A DNA stretch of 50,309 bases, taken from assembly GCF_001194135.2 (NCBI RefSeq), contig NC_068999.1, forward strand, positions 8,372,624-8,422,932, in the 5' to 3' direction. Made by a program: the position numbers and the translations under genes. This DNA comes from Octopus bimaculoides. Taxonomy: Eukaryota. Positions 12,325 to 25,176 of the stretch are shown piece by piece. The first letter of the stretch is position 1. The number at the start of each line of letters is the position of its first letter. A model generated the notes under the pieces. That model did not search any database. It saw nothing but the letters and a program-made list of their open reading frames with translations, and was not told the DNA's origin.

Positions 12325-12748
12325 TTGTACTTGTTTCAGACATTAGACTGTGGCCATGTTGGAGCACTGCTTTGCGGAATCTTAGTTGAATGAATTGACT
12401 CTAGTTCTTTTTTTTTTTATCCGTTTCTTTTTTTTTTTTTTTTCACCCCTTGATTCTTATTCTGTTGGTCTCTTTGGCCAAACTGCTAAGTTACAAAGAC
12501 AGAAACTCATCAACACCAGTTGTCAAGTGGTAGCGGGGGACAAACACAAGACGCAAAGACATATATCACACACACACACACATACACAAGTCTTCTTTCA
12601 GTTTCCATCTACCGAATCTACTCACAAGGCTTTGGTCAGCCCAAGGCCATAGTAGAAGACACTTGCCTAAGATGCCCTGCAACAGGATTGAACCCAGAGC
12701 CATGTGGTCAGAAAGCAAACTTCTTACCACACAGCCACTCCTGCACCT
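12325..12748 (-). mobile_element. Family B SINE, near full length
   Basis: Reverse complement of 27525-28037 with a (CA)n centre. Confidence 0.85.
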
Positions 12749-13002
12749 ATATTTAGACCACTTTAAAACAGTAAGTTTATATCATGGAATCTGGGGCTGT
12801 TGTCTCAGTTGGGTTGGTTTCAAAAAGAGCAAAGGACTGAATATCATAGAATGTTAGGGAGTTCAAGAGAGTAGCATGGTAGGGAGTTCCAGGGAGCAGC
12901 AATTCAAGGAAAAAAGCTATTGGTGGTATGGGTGTTGGAGGAGAGCAGAAATGGTGATGATGATGATCGGTATAGACAATGATGATGGTAGCAGCAGTAG
13001 TG

Positions 13003-13036
<34 letters not shown>

Positions 13037-13040
13037 CAGT

Positions 13041-13076
<36 letters not shown>

Positions 13077-16000
13077 GGTTGCATGTGAGAGTGGGGTGGA
13101 TGGTGGTGATGTGAAGGATGATGATGGTTGTGATAACGGTAGTTGGTGCTGCAGACGAGGTGGGGGGATGGTGGTGTAGGCGATTGTGATGATGTGGATG
13201 ATGATGATGACAACTACAAAGATGATAACAGTATTGCACATGGTGATGGTGGTGGTGATAGCAGAATTGTGTGTGGTGGTGGTGGTGGTGGTATAAATGA
13301 TTACATTTTGATGGAAGTGGTGAGACAGTGTGTAAATGACCATGGTGATGATGATGATGATTATCATTATTATCATTATTAGCTTGGGAGAGGGATAGCG
13401 ATAAGGAACTGGCTATTATCAATATGTTTATTAAAATAGCGATCATCGATATCATCATCATCATCAGCAGCAATGTTATTTTCTATATGAAAACAATGAT
13501 ATTTATGAGAGAGGGGGGTGAAGGGGGAGGGAAAAGCAACAGTTGATGATATCAATGTGATTATTAAAAACTCCATCATCATCATCATCATCATCACCAT
13601 GAACTCAAACCAACAGTATTATTATTATTATTATCATTATTATTATTATTATCTGGCAGAATTGTTAGTCAAAATTCATAGTGGCATTTCGTCCCATCTT
13701 ATTCATTATTGTTATTATTATTATCATTGTCGTTATTATTATAATTATTATTATTATTATTATTACTATTATCATTATTATTATTATTATTGAAGCAACA
13801 AACTATAGTTCAAATTCTGCCAGGGTCAGCTTCGCCTTTCGTCCTTTGGTGGGGGTGGGGGGTGGGGGCAATAAAAAAAGAAGTACCATTTGAGTACTAG
13901 GGACAATGTAATCAACTAGCCCCTTCCCTTCCTCCTCCCCCACCCCCCAAAAATTACTTACCTTGTGCAAAAACTCATAAGCATTATTATTCATGAGTCT
14001 GTCCCCCACCTCCTAATAGGCGTTACCCCATTCACTTCGGCCTCTGTTTATAAAAGGACCCTTGCTTTCTCCCCACTCCTTTTTTCACCATCTGTTGAGC
14101 CCCGCAGTGGTTTCGTAATCCATTGCTCTCACACTTTTTACCAATGATAACGTAAAGCGGCGAGATCTGTGATGTAAATCTTTTTCGGTAAATTCTTGGA
14201 GCAGATCTTTTGATGAGTCAGTGTTCGTAGACAGCCAAGGAAACCTGTTTGGCATGTGTGGCGTTGTTATGTAACAGCTTGCCGCTTGCTTCCATCAAGA
14301 AGTTAAGAATACAGTCGATTACAGGATGCTGATGGATAGATTGATGATGTAGGTGGCTGGACAGATAGCGGGATGGATGGATGGATGAAGGTAGATCGGT
14401 TGATAGGTTATCGTGCGTAGATATGCGGAGGTGTCTAGACAACTGGATGGTGATAGGGTAATAGGGAGAGGTCTGTCTGTATGATGGAGAGGGAGAGAGA
14501 AATAACTTGATAGATAGGTAAAGAAGTATGCGTGTAGATGGATAGAAACCTAGATGTGTTGTGCTAAATGTAGATAGATAAATACAGATGTCTATATATA
14601 GATACATACATGTGTGTATATGTATGTGCATATAGATACATATGTATGTATGCATACATACATACATGTGTTGTATATATATATACATACATATATGTAT
14701 GTCTACGTACGTGTTTGTATACATACATGCATATGTATGTATACATACATATGTGTACGCATACATATATGCATATATACATGTATATGTATGTATGTAT
14801 ATATTGCATATATGTGTTTATATACATATATGTATAAATATATATATATTAAAATATATATACTACGGAGATGTACTTGCATAGCAAGTGACCTAATCTG
14901 AGATCGTGTGCTGGAACGAAAACAATTGCAGCGTGGAAGGTGTTTATAAGCCATTTAAAACACACAAAAACTGTTAGATTCACTTCAACATTTAAATTCA
15001 ATTTGCCAAAATATTTTCGTCGCTTTAAGACCATCACCTGTTCACTGACAAAATTCTATGCTGCATATATGCACATATATATATTTATTTATTTATAGAC
15101 ACACATACACACAATGTAGATAGATTGATAGATGACACCTTATACTCCATAATCGTATTGATGCTAGAATATTGAGAAAAAAAAAACTGTTTAAATGTTA
15201 CATTACTTATGGAATGCCTGTATATATAAAGTGTGTGTGTTTGTGCTTTCTTTCTTTCTTTCTTTCTTAATTCTTGGTCTTGTTTGAAGTGTTTCCATCA
15301 TCTCGACATCATGACCCAAAGCTGTTGCAGATGGATAATTCCAGATGAAAGCATTAGAAACCTAAATTAAATTGATTGATATTTAATTGAAATAAAAAAT
15401 TTTTTAAATGAGATCAGATTCCCAAGAACAACAAGGAAACAATCCAACCAAATTTCTCAAAAACACAAAATGTATAATTTATTTTGGTTTGCTTGGGAAA
15501 TTCTTGGATTTTCGTTAGGGTTTTCTTTTTTTTTTTTACATGATTTTGTGGTTTTGTATGTTGCTTTATGATTTTCTCTTTTTTTTTTTGTTCTTTCTTC
15601 GAATCTGTTGTGTTGTGGTAGTGTTACAATGGAATCGTAAGGGTTGGCTGTTTCTGTGAGTCTCTCTCTCTCTCTAAATTACGCTTACCCAGTCACTCAA
15701 TCTTAAACTGTTTACATTATGCACATACACATGTAAACGCTCACTCATTCGCACTTACATACACTCAAGCTCACACACACTCACTCACACACACACACAA
15801 ACATACATACACGCACACTCTTATACACACACACTCACACTCCTATACACACACACAAACACTCTTACTCACATACACATCCTTGCACACACATACACAT
15901 GCACACTCCTACCCACACATACACATTCATGCACACATACTCCTACACACACACACTCACACACACTCCTAAACATTCACACACTCCTACACACACACAC

Positions 16001-16439
16001 ACACGCACGCACGCTCGTACCTACATGTATACACACATTCACNNNNNNNNNNNNNNNNNNNNNNNNNNNNNNNNNNNNNNNNNNNNNNNNCACACATACA
16101 CATTCATGCACACATACTCCTACACACACACACTCACACACACTCCTAAACATTCACACACTCCTACACACACACACACGCACGCACGCTCCTACCTACA
16201 TGTATACACACATTCACACTTACACTCCTACACACACATACACACACTCACACACACATTCTTGCACACAAACACACATACACATTCACACACACTCCTA
16301 CACATACACACTCAAATACACACACGCACACCACCTATACATGCACACACATATACATTCACACACACACACGCAGATTAAACACACTAGGTGTTATCAC
16401 ACAGGCTGCGTTTGTTCAGGGTAAGATTTGATAAAGAAA

Positions 16440-16935
16440 GTTTACAATAGCGTGTTCATAATATAGAATAAAATAAATATAATTGTGTTTATAATATATG
16501 GTAGAGCTGGCTTATTGTAGTTCGTTAATGATATAATACACAATAAAGTAGGCTTATCAATGGTATCATATAGATATCATACACAAGACTACATCAATAA
16601 TATGTTAATATATAACAGAGGAGGCTTCTTGATAATATAGTAGACATGAGAGAGTTGCTTTGTTGTATGTAACAGATTATAGAGTTGGTTTGTCTATATT
16701 ACTTGATAACATGCAACAGTTGACTTCTTAATGATATGATAATTTCTGGTAGTGGAGGCTTGTTAATGATATAATATATGGTAGTTTAGGATTGCTAATG
16801 ATATGATAATGTATGATAGTATAGGCATGTTGATATATATATGGTAGTATTTCTTGTTAATGATATGATAATATATGATAGTGTTGGTTTGTTAATGATA
16901 TATATGTACTGTAGACTTGTTAATGATAAACGGTA
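16440..16935. repeat. Degenerate ~30-35-bp minisatellite (TTAATGATAT..ATATGGTAG..CTTG)
   Basis: At least 6 clear units in 16725-16930 and more degenerate units upstream. Confidence 0.75.
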
Positions 16936-17251
16936 ATATATACAATATGTAGATGTAATTATGTAGAGAAAGGGAGAGAGAGACAGTGATGAAAATAAAC
17001 AAATGAAACTGCTTGGGTTTGATATATAAAATATACAAACATGTATACATGTAAATAGAGAGAAAGCAAAGATGGAAAATGTTCATACGATGATATCCAA
17101 GCGTAAATATATATACAAATATATAGATATATATATGAATATGAAGTAACTCCGAGCCCCCAGAAACAGCTGTCAGACTTGCAACACCATACTTTCTCTC
17201 CTTTAATTTCTTGTGCCTTTGTGTTCTGTATAAGTTTGCTCTGTTAATGTA

Positions 17252-17282
<31 letters not shown>

Positions 17283-17803
17283 GACCTTGAAGACTGCTAA
17301 AATGCAAGAAAGTATACTAGTCCTTATATATTTGATATTCAATATTTCATTTATTCAATAAGACAATCAATACTTCATTTCATTTTACTATATATACTAT
17401 ATATTCTATATCCTACATTAATATTATAAGAATATAAATAAAACATAAAAAACAGAGTTGGAATTCTTTTGAATAATATATTCCTCTATACACGTTCATA
17501 CAAACCCCTTTTTATATATGTTCGTAGACTACAACATGTTTCTTTCAGTTTTCATCTACCAAATTCATTCTCAAGGTTTAGGCTGGTCCATGGCTCCAGT
17601 TGAAGACATTTCTCCCAAGATGTCATACAATGGCACTAAACCAAAACTACATGGTTAGGAAGTGAGCAACGACACGGATGATTTAATAGTAGCAATCAAA
17701 TGTTTGTGCTACACACAAGTTCATTCCCTCAAATCGGCACTTCCTGCACAAGTGTGCCACACATCACATGTTGAAACAATCACAGAACAACACAAAGAGA
17801 AGT

Positions 17804-18091
17804 AAGATACAGAAATACATTTATTTCTTAAACGCCTGATAATGCTATAAATAGCGTGATCAGGATAAATTATCCATACATAGCAGAAAAATACGCTACT
17901 GGCCTAAAATTGCAGAAGAATTCGTTGCTGGGCAGTTTAGTTTAATGGTAAAACACTTGACGCGTAATCACAGAGATGTGAGTTCAACTCTCATGGCTGG
18001 CCAGTAGCGTATTTTTCTGCAATAAAATGGATAATTTATCCTGGTCATGCTATTTATAGCATTATCACGCATTTGAGAAATAAATTTATTT
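17804..18091. mobile_element. Foldback/MITE-like element with ~87-bp inverted arms enclosing a tRNA-like core, flanked by 13-bp direct repeat
   Basis: Left arm 17819-17904 is the near-perfect reverse complement of 17999-18085. CACAAAGAGAAGT occurs at 17791-17803 and 18092-18104. Confidence 0.8.
17931..18002 (+). pseudogene. tRNA-Thr(CGT)-like sequence, probably a pseudo-tRNA
   Basis: 72-nt cloverleaf: acceptor GGCAGTT/GGCTGGC (6 of 7 pairs including GU), D-stem GTTT/AAAC, T-stem GTGAG/CTCAT with loop TTCAACT, anticodon CGT (17963-17965). Defects: G at position 33 and only 3 of 5 anticodon-stem pairs. A-box TAGTTTAATGG and B-box GTTCAACTC are present, with T5 at 18012-18016. Confidence 0.7.
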
Positions 18092-18756
18092 CACAAAGAG
18101 AAGTGTTTTGCACAAGAACACAAGATGGGCCCAATCTGGAAGCTGAACGCATGGCCATGCTCGTTTCTGTATGTATTTAAATTAATCTGTTTCCATCATA
18201 ATTTCATTCAAAAGCTTTCCACTTACATCTCAAGCACTAGCTTAATGATGTAGAGTAGTCAGTTATTTTTCCCAAAGCCTACATCCAAATTCTTAATTAT
18301 TTTCAAAATTAATTGAAACACGGTGGACAGCATATTATTTAATTAAACAATAAGGTCACAGTATGATTGAGTATACCAATTAGCCATTTCCACTGAATTC
18401 ATAGGAATTCTTGATTATATTCATAATTACTTGAGACAACAGCAATATATTTCGTTGGAAATATTGTCAAGAGAGAAGTCAAGAGATATTTCAACAAATG
18501 AATCAACATCATCCCCACTGCCAATCCAACTGTGCCAACCACTTCTCATGCAAGCAAAGTCAGCACTGGAAATGGGTTTTTTTTTTTTTTTTTTGGTATC
18601 CTTTTATCCTCTTATACTTTTGCTTGTTTTCAATTTATTGGTCAGTGGCCATGCTAGAGCACCACCTTAAAGGGCTTAGTCAATGAACATTGACCCCTGT
18701 GCTTGTTTTTAAGTCCGATGCTTCTTTCTATCACACACACACGTAAGAAATATACA

Positions 18757-18787
<31 letters not shown>

Positions 18788-18794
18788 CCCCACT

Positions 18795-18945
18795 GTGGGT
18801 TAGCATTAGGAAGGCATCCAGAACTGTATAAACCAAACCAAAGCTGGCAGCTGAGCCTAGTGTAGTCCCCTGACTCATCAGATCCTCCCAAACTGTTCAA
18901 CCCATGCCAGCATTGAAGATGGGCGTTAAATGATGATGATGATGA
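18795..18945 (+). mobile_element. Family A 3' fragment, diverged
   Basis: GGAAGGCATCCAG...CCCATGCCAGCATTGAAGATGGGCGTTAAA followed by (TGA)n. Confidence 0.7.
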
Positions 18946-18999
18946 TATTTACACACACACACACACACACACACACCACAAACACATGCACACACATGC

Positions 19000-19160
19000 A
19001 CGAGTTTCTTTCAGTTTCTGTCTCAAAATCCACTAACAGGACTTTGGTCAGCCCAGGGCTACAGCAGAAGACATTTTCCCCAGGTGCCACACAATGGTGT
19101 TGCACTCAATTCCATGTAGTTACAAAGTGAAGCTCTTAGCCACCCAGCCATGCCCACACC
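19000..19160 (-). mobile_element. Family B SINE head
   Basis: TTCTTTCAGTTTC...ACTTTGGTCAGCCCAGGGCTACAGCAGAAGACA; similar fragments at 6325-6430, 17545-17665, 31470-31585 and 36050-36152. Confidence 0.7.
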
Positions 19161-19219
19161 TGAAGAGACATGGCCTAGTGGTCAGGGTGCTGCACTCACA
19201 AATCACTAGATCAGGGGTT

Positions 19220-19398
19220 CAAGGTACAAGGCCTGAAATTTTAGGAGAGGAGACTATTCGATTACATTGACCCCGCCAATGTTCAACTGGTACTTATTTT
19301 ATCGACCCCGAAAGGATGAAAAGCAAAGTCGACCTCGGTAGAATTTGAACTCAGAATGTAGCATCAGGTGAAACACTACTAAGCATTTCTTCTGAGGC

Positions 19399-19448
<50 letters not shown>

Positions 19449-19630
19449 CTTTCTGCTATAGGCACAAGGCCTGAAATTGTGGGAGGGGACTAGTTGATCA
19501 CATCGACCCCAGTGTTTCACTGGTACTTAATTCATCGACCCCGAAAGGATGAAAGGCAAAGTTGACCTCAGTGGAATTTGAACCCAGAACATAGTGGCTG
19601 ATGAAATTCTGCTAGCTTGCCACCTTCAAT
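19220..19630 (-). mobile_element. Two tandem family C SINEs separated by (TAA)n
   Basis: Both copies show AAGGCCTGAAATT...TACTT..TCGACCCCGAAAGGATGAAA.GCAAAGT.GACCTC. Confidence 0.85.
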
Positions 19631-20400
19631 AATAATAATAATAATAATAATAGTAGTATATTAGTAGTAGTAGTTGTGTTAGTTTGTCATGGTTGGAGTC
19701 GTTAATCAGAGTTACTGCCCCTGTTGTTACTAATATTTGTCGTTACTATTGTTGGTGCTTTTATTTCATTACTGTTGCAACGGTCGCTGCTCCTGGGGTT
19801 GTTTTCATCGATGTTGTTGTTGTTACTGTTGCTTTTATTGTTATTATTGTTGCTGCAGGCATTGTCGCTACTGCAGCTGCTGCTGCTACTGTTGTTGTTG
19901 TTGTTGTTCTGTACAATTAATGTAAAAAATGTCAAGAAAGCCTGTCTTGTCGAGTCTGTATAATATCGAAGTGACTATATTTCATGTTGCCCATTGTGTA
20001 CGTGCAAATTAAATCTCACTTCTTTTCACATTCCATCCTGGCTAGACACAGCTCTGTTCCTCTTATTGATCTCACATCACTACCACACAAACACACACAC
20101 ACACACACACTCCAATACATTTAGTATTACGTTTTTCTCTCAAAAAAAAATTCTGGCAGCCCATCTAATGTCTCTGTTATTGAACACTTTCTGTCTCTTT
20201 CACTGTCTATTTATCTATCTATCTATCTATCTATCCATCTATCTATCTATCTATCTCTTTACATCTATCTATCTATCTATCTATTTTTCTTTCCTTATAT
20301 ATCTATTTGTCTCTTTATCTATCTCTCTCTCTAGCTATTTCTCTCTCTTTCACTTTACCTACCTCTCCCTCCTGCTCTGACTATCTCACTTCCTCTGTCT

Positions 20401-20445
<45 letters not shown>

Positions 20446-20567
20446 CCTCTCTAGCAATTTATCTATTCTATTGTCTCTCTATATTTTTTTATCTTGTTAT
20501 TTCTCTATCTCTTCCCTTATTTGTCCATTTCTCTCATTATCTGTCTGTCTCTTTTTCTCTCTGTCTC

Positions 20568-20600
<33 letters not shown>

Positions 20601-20839
20601 TCAGCATTTGTTCAATCATTGTAGATAAAGTGATTCGGTTGCTATTTCTAGCAAGTGAAGAGACAGCGTAGAAACTCCTCACTTGATTTGATTGATATGT
20701 TCAGGTGAAATGTGAACTGGAAAAGGTCAACAGTTCTCGTTTGTGATGTCTAATTTTTAGTTTATGATACAGCAAAAAGATTAATAATAGTAATAATAAC
20801 AATAATAATAACAATAATAATAATAATAATAATGCTAAT

Positions 20840-21045
20840 TCTTTGAAACTCTTGGCACATCATTAGGGGTGGGGGTAAGATGATTACATTGACCCCTGTA
20901 CTTGAGCGGTATTTGATTTTAGCACACTCAAAAGAATGGAAAGCAAAGTTGACCTCGGCAGCGTTTGAACTCAGCGTGAAACCAGAAGAGATATCGCTTA
21001 GCATTTTGTCCCGATGTGCAAATGGTTCTGCCAGCTCGTTACCCT
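20840..21045 (-). mobile_element. Family C SINE, diverged
   Basis: TTGGCACAT...AAAGCAAAGTTGACCTCGGCAGCGTTTGAACTCAG...GGTTCTGCCAGCTCG. Confidence 0.75.
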
Positions 21046-21259
21046 TGTAGTAACTAATAAGGATGCCAAATTTTTGGCACAAGGCCANNNNNNNNNNNNN
21101 NNNNNNNNNNNNNNNNNNNNNNNNNNNNNNNNNNNNNNNNNNNNNNNNNNNNNNNNNNNNNNNNNNNNNNNNNNNNNNNNNNNNNNNNNNNNNNNNNNNN
21201 NNNNNNNNNNNNNNNNNNNNNNNNNNNNNNNNNNNNNNNNNAGTTGACCTGTTAATGGT

Positions 21260-21690
21260 TCTTATTTCTTTATTGCTCTCAAGGGGCTAAACATAGAGGG
21301 GACAAACAAGGACAGACAAAGGGATTAAGTCGATTACATCAACTCCCCAGTACGTAACTGGTACTTAATTTATCGACCCCGAAAGGACGAAAGGCAAAGT
21401 CGACCTTGGCGGAATTTGAACTCAGAACATAACGGCAGATGAAATACAGCTAAGCATTTCGCCCAGCATGCTAATGTTTCTGCCAGCTCACCACCTTAAC
21501 AACCTGTTAATGACCTGCTAATGGTTCTGCCAGCTTGTCACCCTTACCTTCGTACTGCTTTCTACTAAAGGCACAAGGCCTGAAATTTTGGGAGAGGGTC
21601 TAGTCGATTACATCGACCCCAGTGTTTCACTGGTACTTAATTTATCAACTCTGAAAAGATGAAAGGCAAAAGTCAACCTTGATAGAATTT
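21260..21690 (-). mobile_element. Cluster of family C SINEs (tail variant 2 at 21260-21500, variant 1 at 21560-21690)
   Basis: Conserved body motifs; GACCTGYTAATGGTTCT is repeated at 21246 and 21512. Confidence 0.8.
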
Positions 21691-22005
21691 GACATGGCAC
21701 CAGCACAAGTGTTTTTCAAATGGCACCAACACAAGTATCAGTTCTAGTGGCACCAGCGCAAGTGCTCTTAACATGGCACCAGCACGAGTGCTCTTTTGGT
21801 GGCACCAGCACTGGTATCAATTCTGCTATGGCAGATGAGTCTTCCTGGGTACAGCAAGGCACCAGGGAAATATTACTTTGCTTGGAAACAAGTAAGGATT
21901 GGTGACAAGAAGTGCATCCAACTGTAGAAAATTTGCCTTAATTCAGTTTGACCCAAGCAAGCATGGGAAAAGTGGACATCAAATGATGTTGATGATGATG
22001 ATGGT
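21690..22005 (+). mobile_element. Family A variant with 4-5 tandem TGGCACCAGCACAAGTG units
   Basis: Short tandem units, then GAAGTGCATCCAACTGTAGAAA...GGACATCAAATGATG. Confidence 0.65.
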
Positions 22006-23352
22006 AACACTATGTGTTATCTAAGACATGACGGTCTGTTGTTCCTGGCATGAGGAGCGATCACGTACAGGATTCCCCTCCTTCTTTGGCATGGAAGCAA
22101 AACTGGTTTTTGTTCTCCAATGCCAAAAAGAAACTTGTGGTAAGAATTAGTAGACATTATTGTCAAGAATTTGGCACAAGTCAATTGTTTCTTCAAGGAC
22201 CCATTCTTTGTTAATGCACCATTAATAATAATAATAAAATAATGATAACGATACTAAAAATTGGTTTCAATTTTTGTCACAAGGCCAGCTGCTTTAGTAA
22301 GAGGGGGTTATTTGATTACACTGACCTCAGTGTTCAATTACTGCTTTATATCATCGACCTCAGAAAAAATGAAAGCAAAGTCAACCCGGCAGGATTTGAA
22401 CTCAGAACATTGAGCTGGAAGAAATTCCAGCAAAGCATTTTCCCAATGCTCTCTTTCCCTCCCACCCTCTCACTCCTTCATTCCTTCTTTTTTGTATCTA
22501 TCTTATCTATACATCACTTTCTTCTGTTCCTGTCTTTACCTCCATCCTTCTCTTTCCCTTCCCTCATCAAATCACCATCCATTTTTTTTTTCTCTCTCCT
22601 CAGAATTNNNNNNNNNNNNNNNNNNNNNNNNNNNNNNNNNNNNNNNNNNNNNNNNNNNNNNNNNNNNNNNNNNNNNNNNNNNNNNNNNNNNNNNNNNNNN
22701 NNNNNNNNNNNNNNNNNNNNNNNNNNNNNNNNNNNNNNNNNNNNNNNNNNNNNNNNNNNNNNNNNNNNNNNNNNNNNNNNNNNNNNNNNNNNNNNNNNNN
22801 NNNNNNNNNNNNNNNNNNNNNNNNNNNNNNNNNNNNNNNNNNNNNNNNNNNNNNNNNNNNNNNNNNNNNNNNNNNNNNNNNNNNNNNNNNNNNNNNNNNN
22901 NNNNNNNNNNNNNNNNNNNNNNNNNNNNNNNNNNNNNNNNNNNNNNNNNNNNNNNNNNNNNNNNNNNNNNNNNNNNNNNNNNNNNNNNNNNNNNNNNNNN
23001 NNNNNNNNNNNNNNNNNNNNNNNNNNNNNNNNNNNNNNNNNNNNNNNNNNNNNNNNNNNNNNNNNNNNNNNNNNNNNNNNNNNNNNNNNNNNNNNNNNNN
23101 NNNNNNNNNNNNNNNNNNNNNNNNNNNNNNNNNNNNNNNNNNNNNNNNNNNNNNNNNNNNNNNNNNNNNNNNNNNNNNNNNNNNNNNNNNNNNNNNNNNN
23201 NNNNNNNNNNNNNNNNNNNNNNNNNNNNNNNNNNNNNNNNNNNNNNNNNNNNNNNNNNNNNNNNNNNNNNNNNNNNNNNNGTATACCTGTCTATCAAATA
23301 GTCTTTCTATCTATTTATCTAGCTAACTAACCATATGCCTGCTTGTCTATCC

Positions 23353-23426
<74 letters not shown>

Positions 23427-23886
23427 CACGCTCTCTCTCTCTCTGTCTTTCTCTTACTTGTTGACCATTTCAATGCCATCGTCTCCTTACCACACTGTTA
23501 GTAATTAGATTGCTTTGTCCAGTTTCTCCGACTGCTGACTGGCTTCTGTTTGTGGTACACAAATCACCACCAGACAAGTTGTCTATTACGATCTATCAAT
23601 CACCCCACATACATATATAACTGTACACAGACAGACACCGACAGACACACATTCACACGCGCACACATATACACAGCAGCCCCTTACACACACAGACATA
23701 CTTATATGCGTACACACACACACACACATATTTTCATACAGATGTACAGATATGTTCATATATGTGTACACAAACATACTCCACACACAAACACACACAC
23801 ACACACACACACACAGTAACAATCTATATTTTTTTGACACATGTTATTTATAGATATATTTTATTTTACATCTGCATATGTGTATT

Positions 23887-23918
<32 letters not shown>

Positions 23919-24404
23919 TATTNNNNNNNNNNNNNNNNNNNNNNNNNNNNNNNNNNNNNNNNNNNNNNNNNNNNNNNNNNNNNNNNNNNNNNNNNNNNNN
24001 NNNNNNNNNNNNNNNNNNNNNNNNNNNNNNNNNNNNNNNNNNNNNNNNNNNNNNNNNNNNNNNNNNNNNNNNNNNNNNNNNNNNNNNNNNNNNNNNNNNN
24101 NNNNNNNNNNNNNNNNNNNNNNNNNNNNNNNNNNNNNNNNNNNNNNNNNNNNNNNNNNNNNNNNNNNNNNNNNNNNNNNNNNNNNNNNNNNNNNNNNNNN
24201 NNNNNNNNNNNNNNNNNNNNNNNNNNNNNNNNNNNNNNNNNNNNNNNNNNNNNNNNNNNNNNNNNNNNNNNNNNNNNNNNNNNNNNNNNNNNNNNNNNNN
24301 NNNNNNNNNNNNNNNNNNNNNNNNNNNNNNNNNNNNNNNNNNNNNNNNNNNNNNNNNNNNNNNNNNNNNNNNNNNNNNNNNNNNNNNNNNNNNNNNNNNN
24401 NNNN

Positions 24405-24439
<35 letters not shown>

Positions 24440-24559
24440 ATCTTCATTATCATCATCATCATCGTTTAACGACTGCCTTCCATGCTAGCATAGGTGGGAC
24501 AGTTTCACAAGAGCTAGCCAGGCAGATGCCTGCACCAGACTTCTGTGACGTGATCGATA

Positions 24560-24886
24560 CCAGGAGCATCTGACTGGGCCCTGTGCTGGTAGCACATAAA
24601 AAGCACCATCCGAACGTGGTCGGTGCCAGTAGCTCCTGACTAGCTCTCGTGCCAGTGGAACATAATTAGCACCATCCGAACATGATTGATGTCAGTGTTG
24701 CCTGACTGGCCCTCATTCCAGTGGCACATAAAAAGCACCCACTACTCTCTTGGAGTGGTTGGCGTTAGGAAGGGCATCCAGCTATAGAAACATTGCCAGA
24801 TCAGATTGGAGCCTGGTGCAGCTCACCAGACCTCGGTCAAACCGTCCAACCCATGCCAGCATGGAAAATGGACATTAAATGATGAT
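24560..24886 (+). mobile_element. Family A copy with diverged hairpin units
   Basis: Three GCACATAAAAAGCACC-type units followed by the conserved 3' block. Confidence 0.8.
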
Positions 24887-25142
24887 GTATATATGTGAAA
24901 ATTGGGCTTCTTCAGTTCCCTGTACCAGTTTCATTCACATGGTATTGGTTGGCACATGATAATTGTAAATGAGTGTCACCGTCGTATAAGCGGTGTCATT
25001 CGTTTCCAGTGTTCTGCGAGAACACGTCTGGCAATGGTTGGGAGTTGGGAGGGGGGGGGCGAGAAATTGGAGAACAAGTGAGGGTTGGCAACAAGAAGGA
25101 CATCAAACATATGAAAATCTCTCTCAGCAAACTGATGATGAC

Positions 25143-25176
<34 letters not shown>

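Noticed and set aside
22026-22140. Possible plus-strand exon ending at GTG|GTAAGA
   Set aside because: No convincing polypyrimidine acceptor and the peptide is unrecognisable; the same holds for candidates near 25360-25417, 27055-27180 and 43280-43370.
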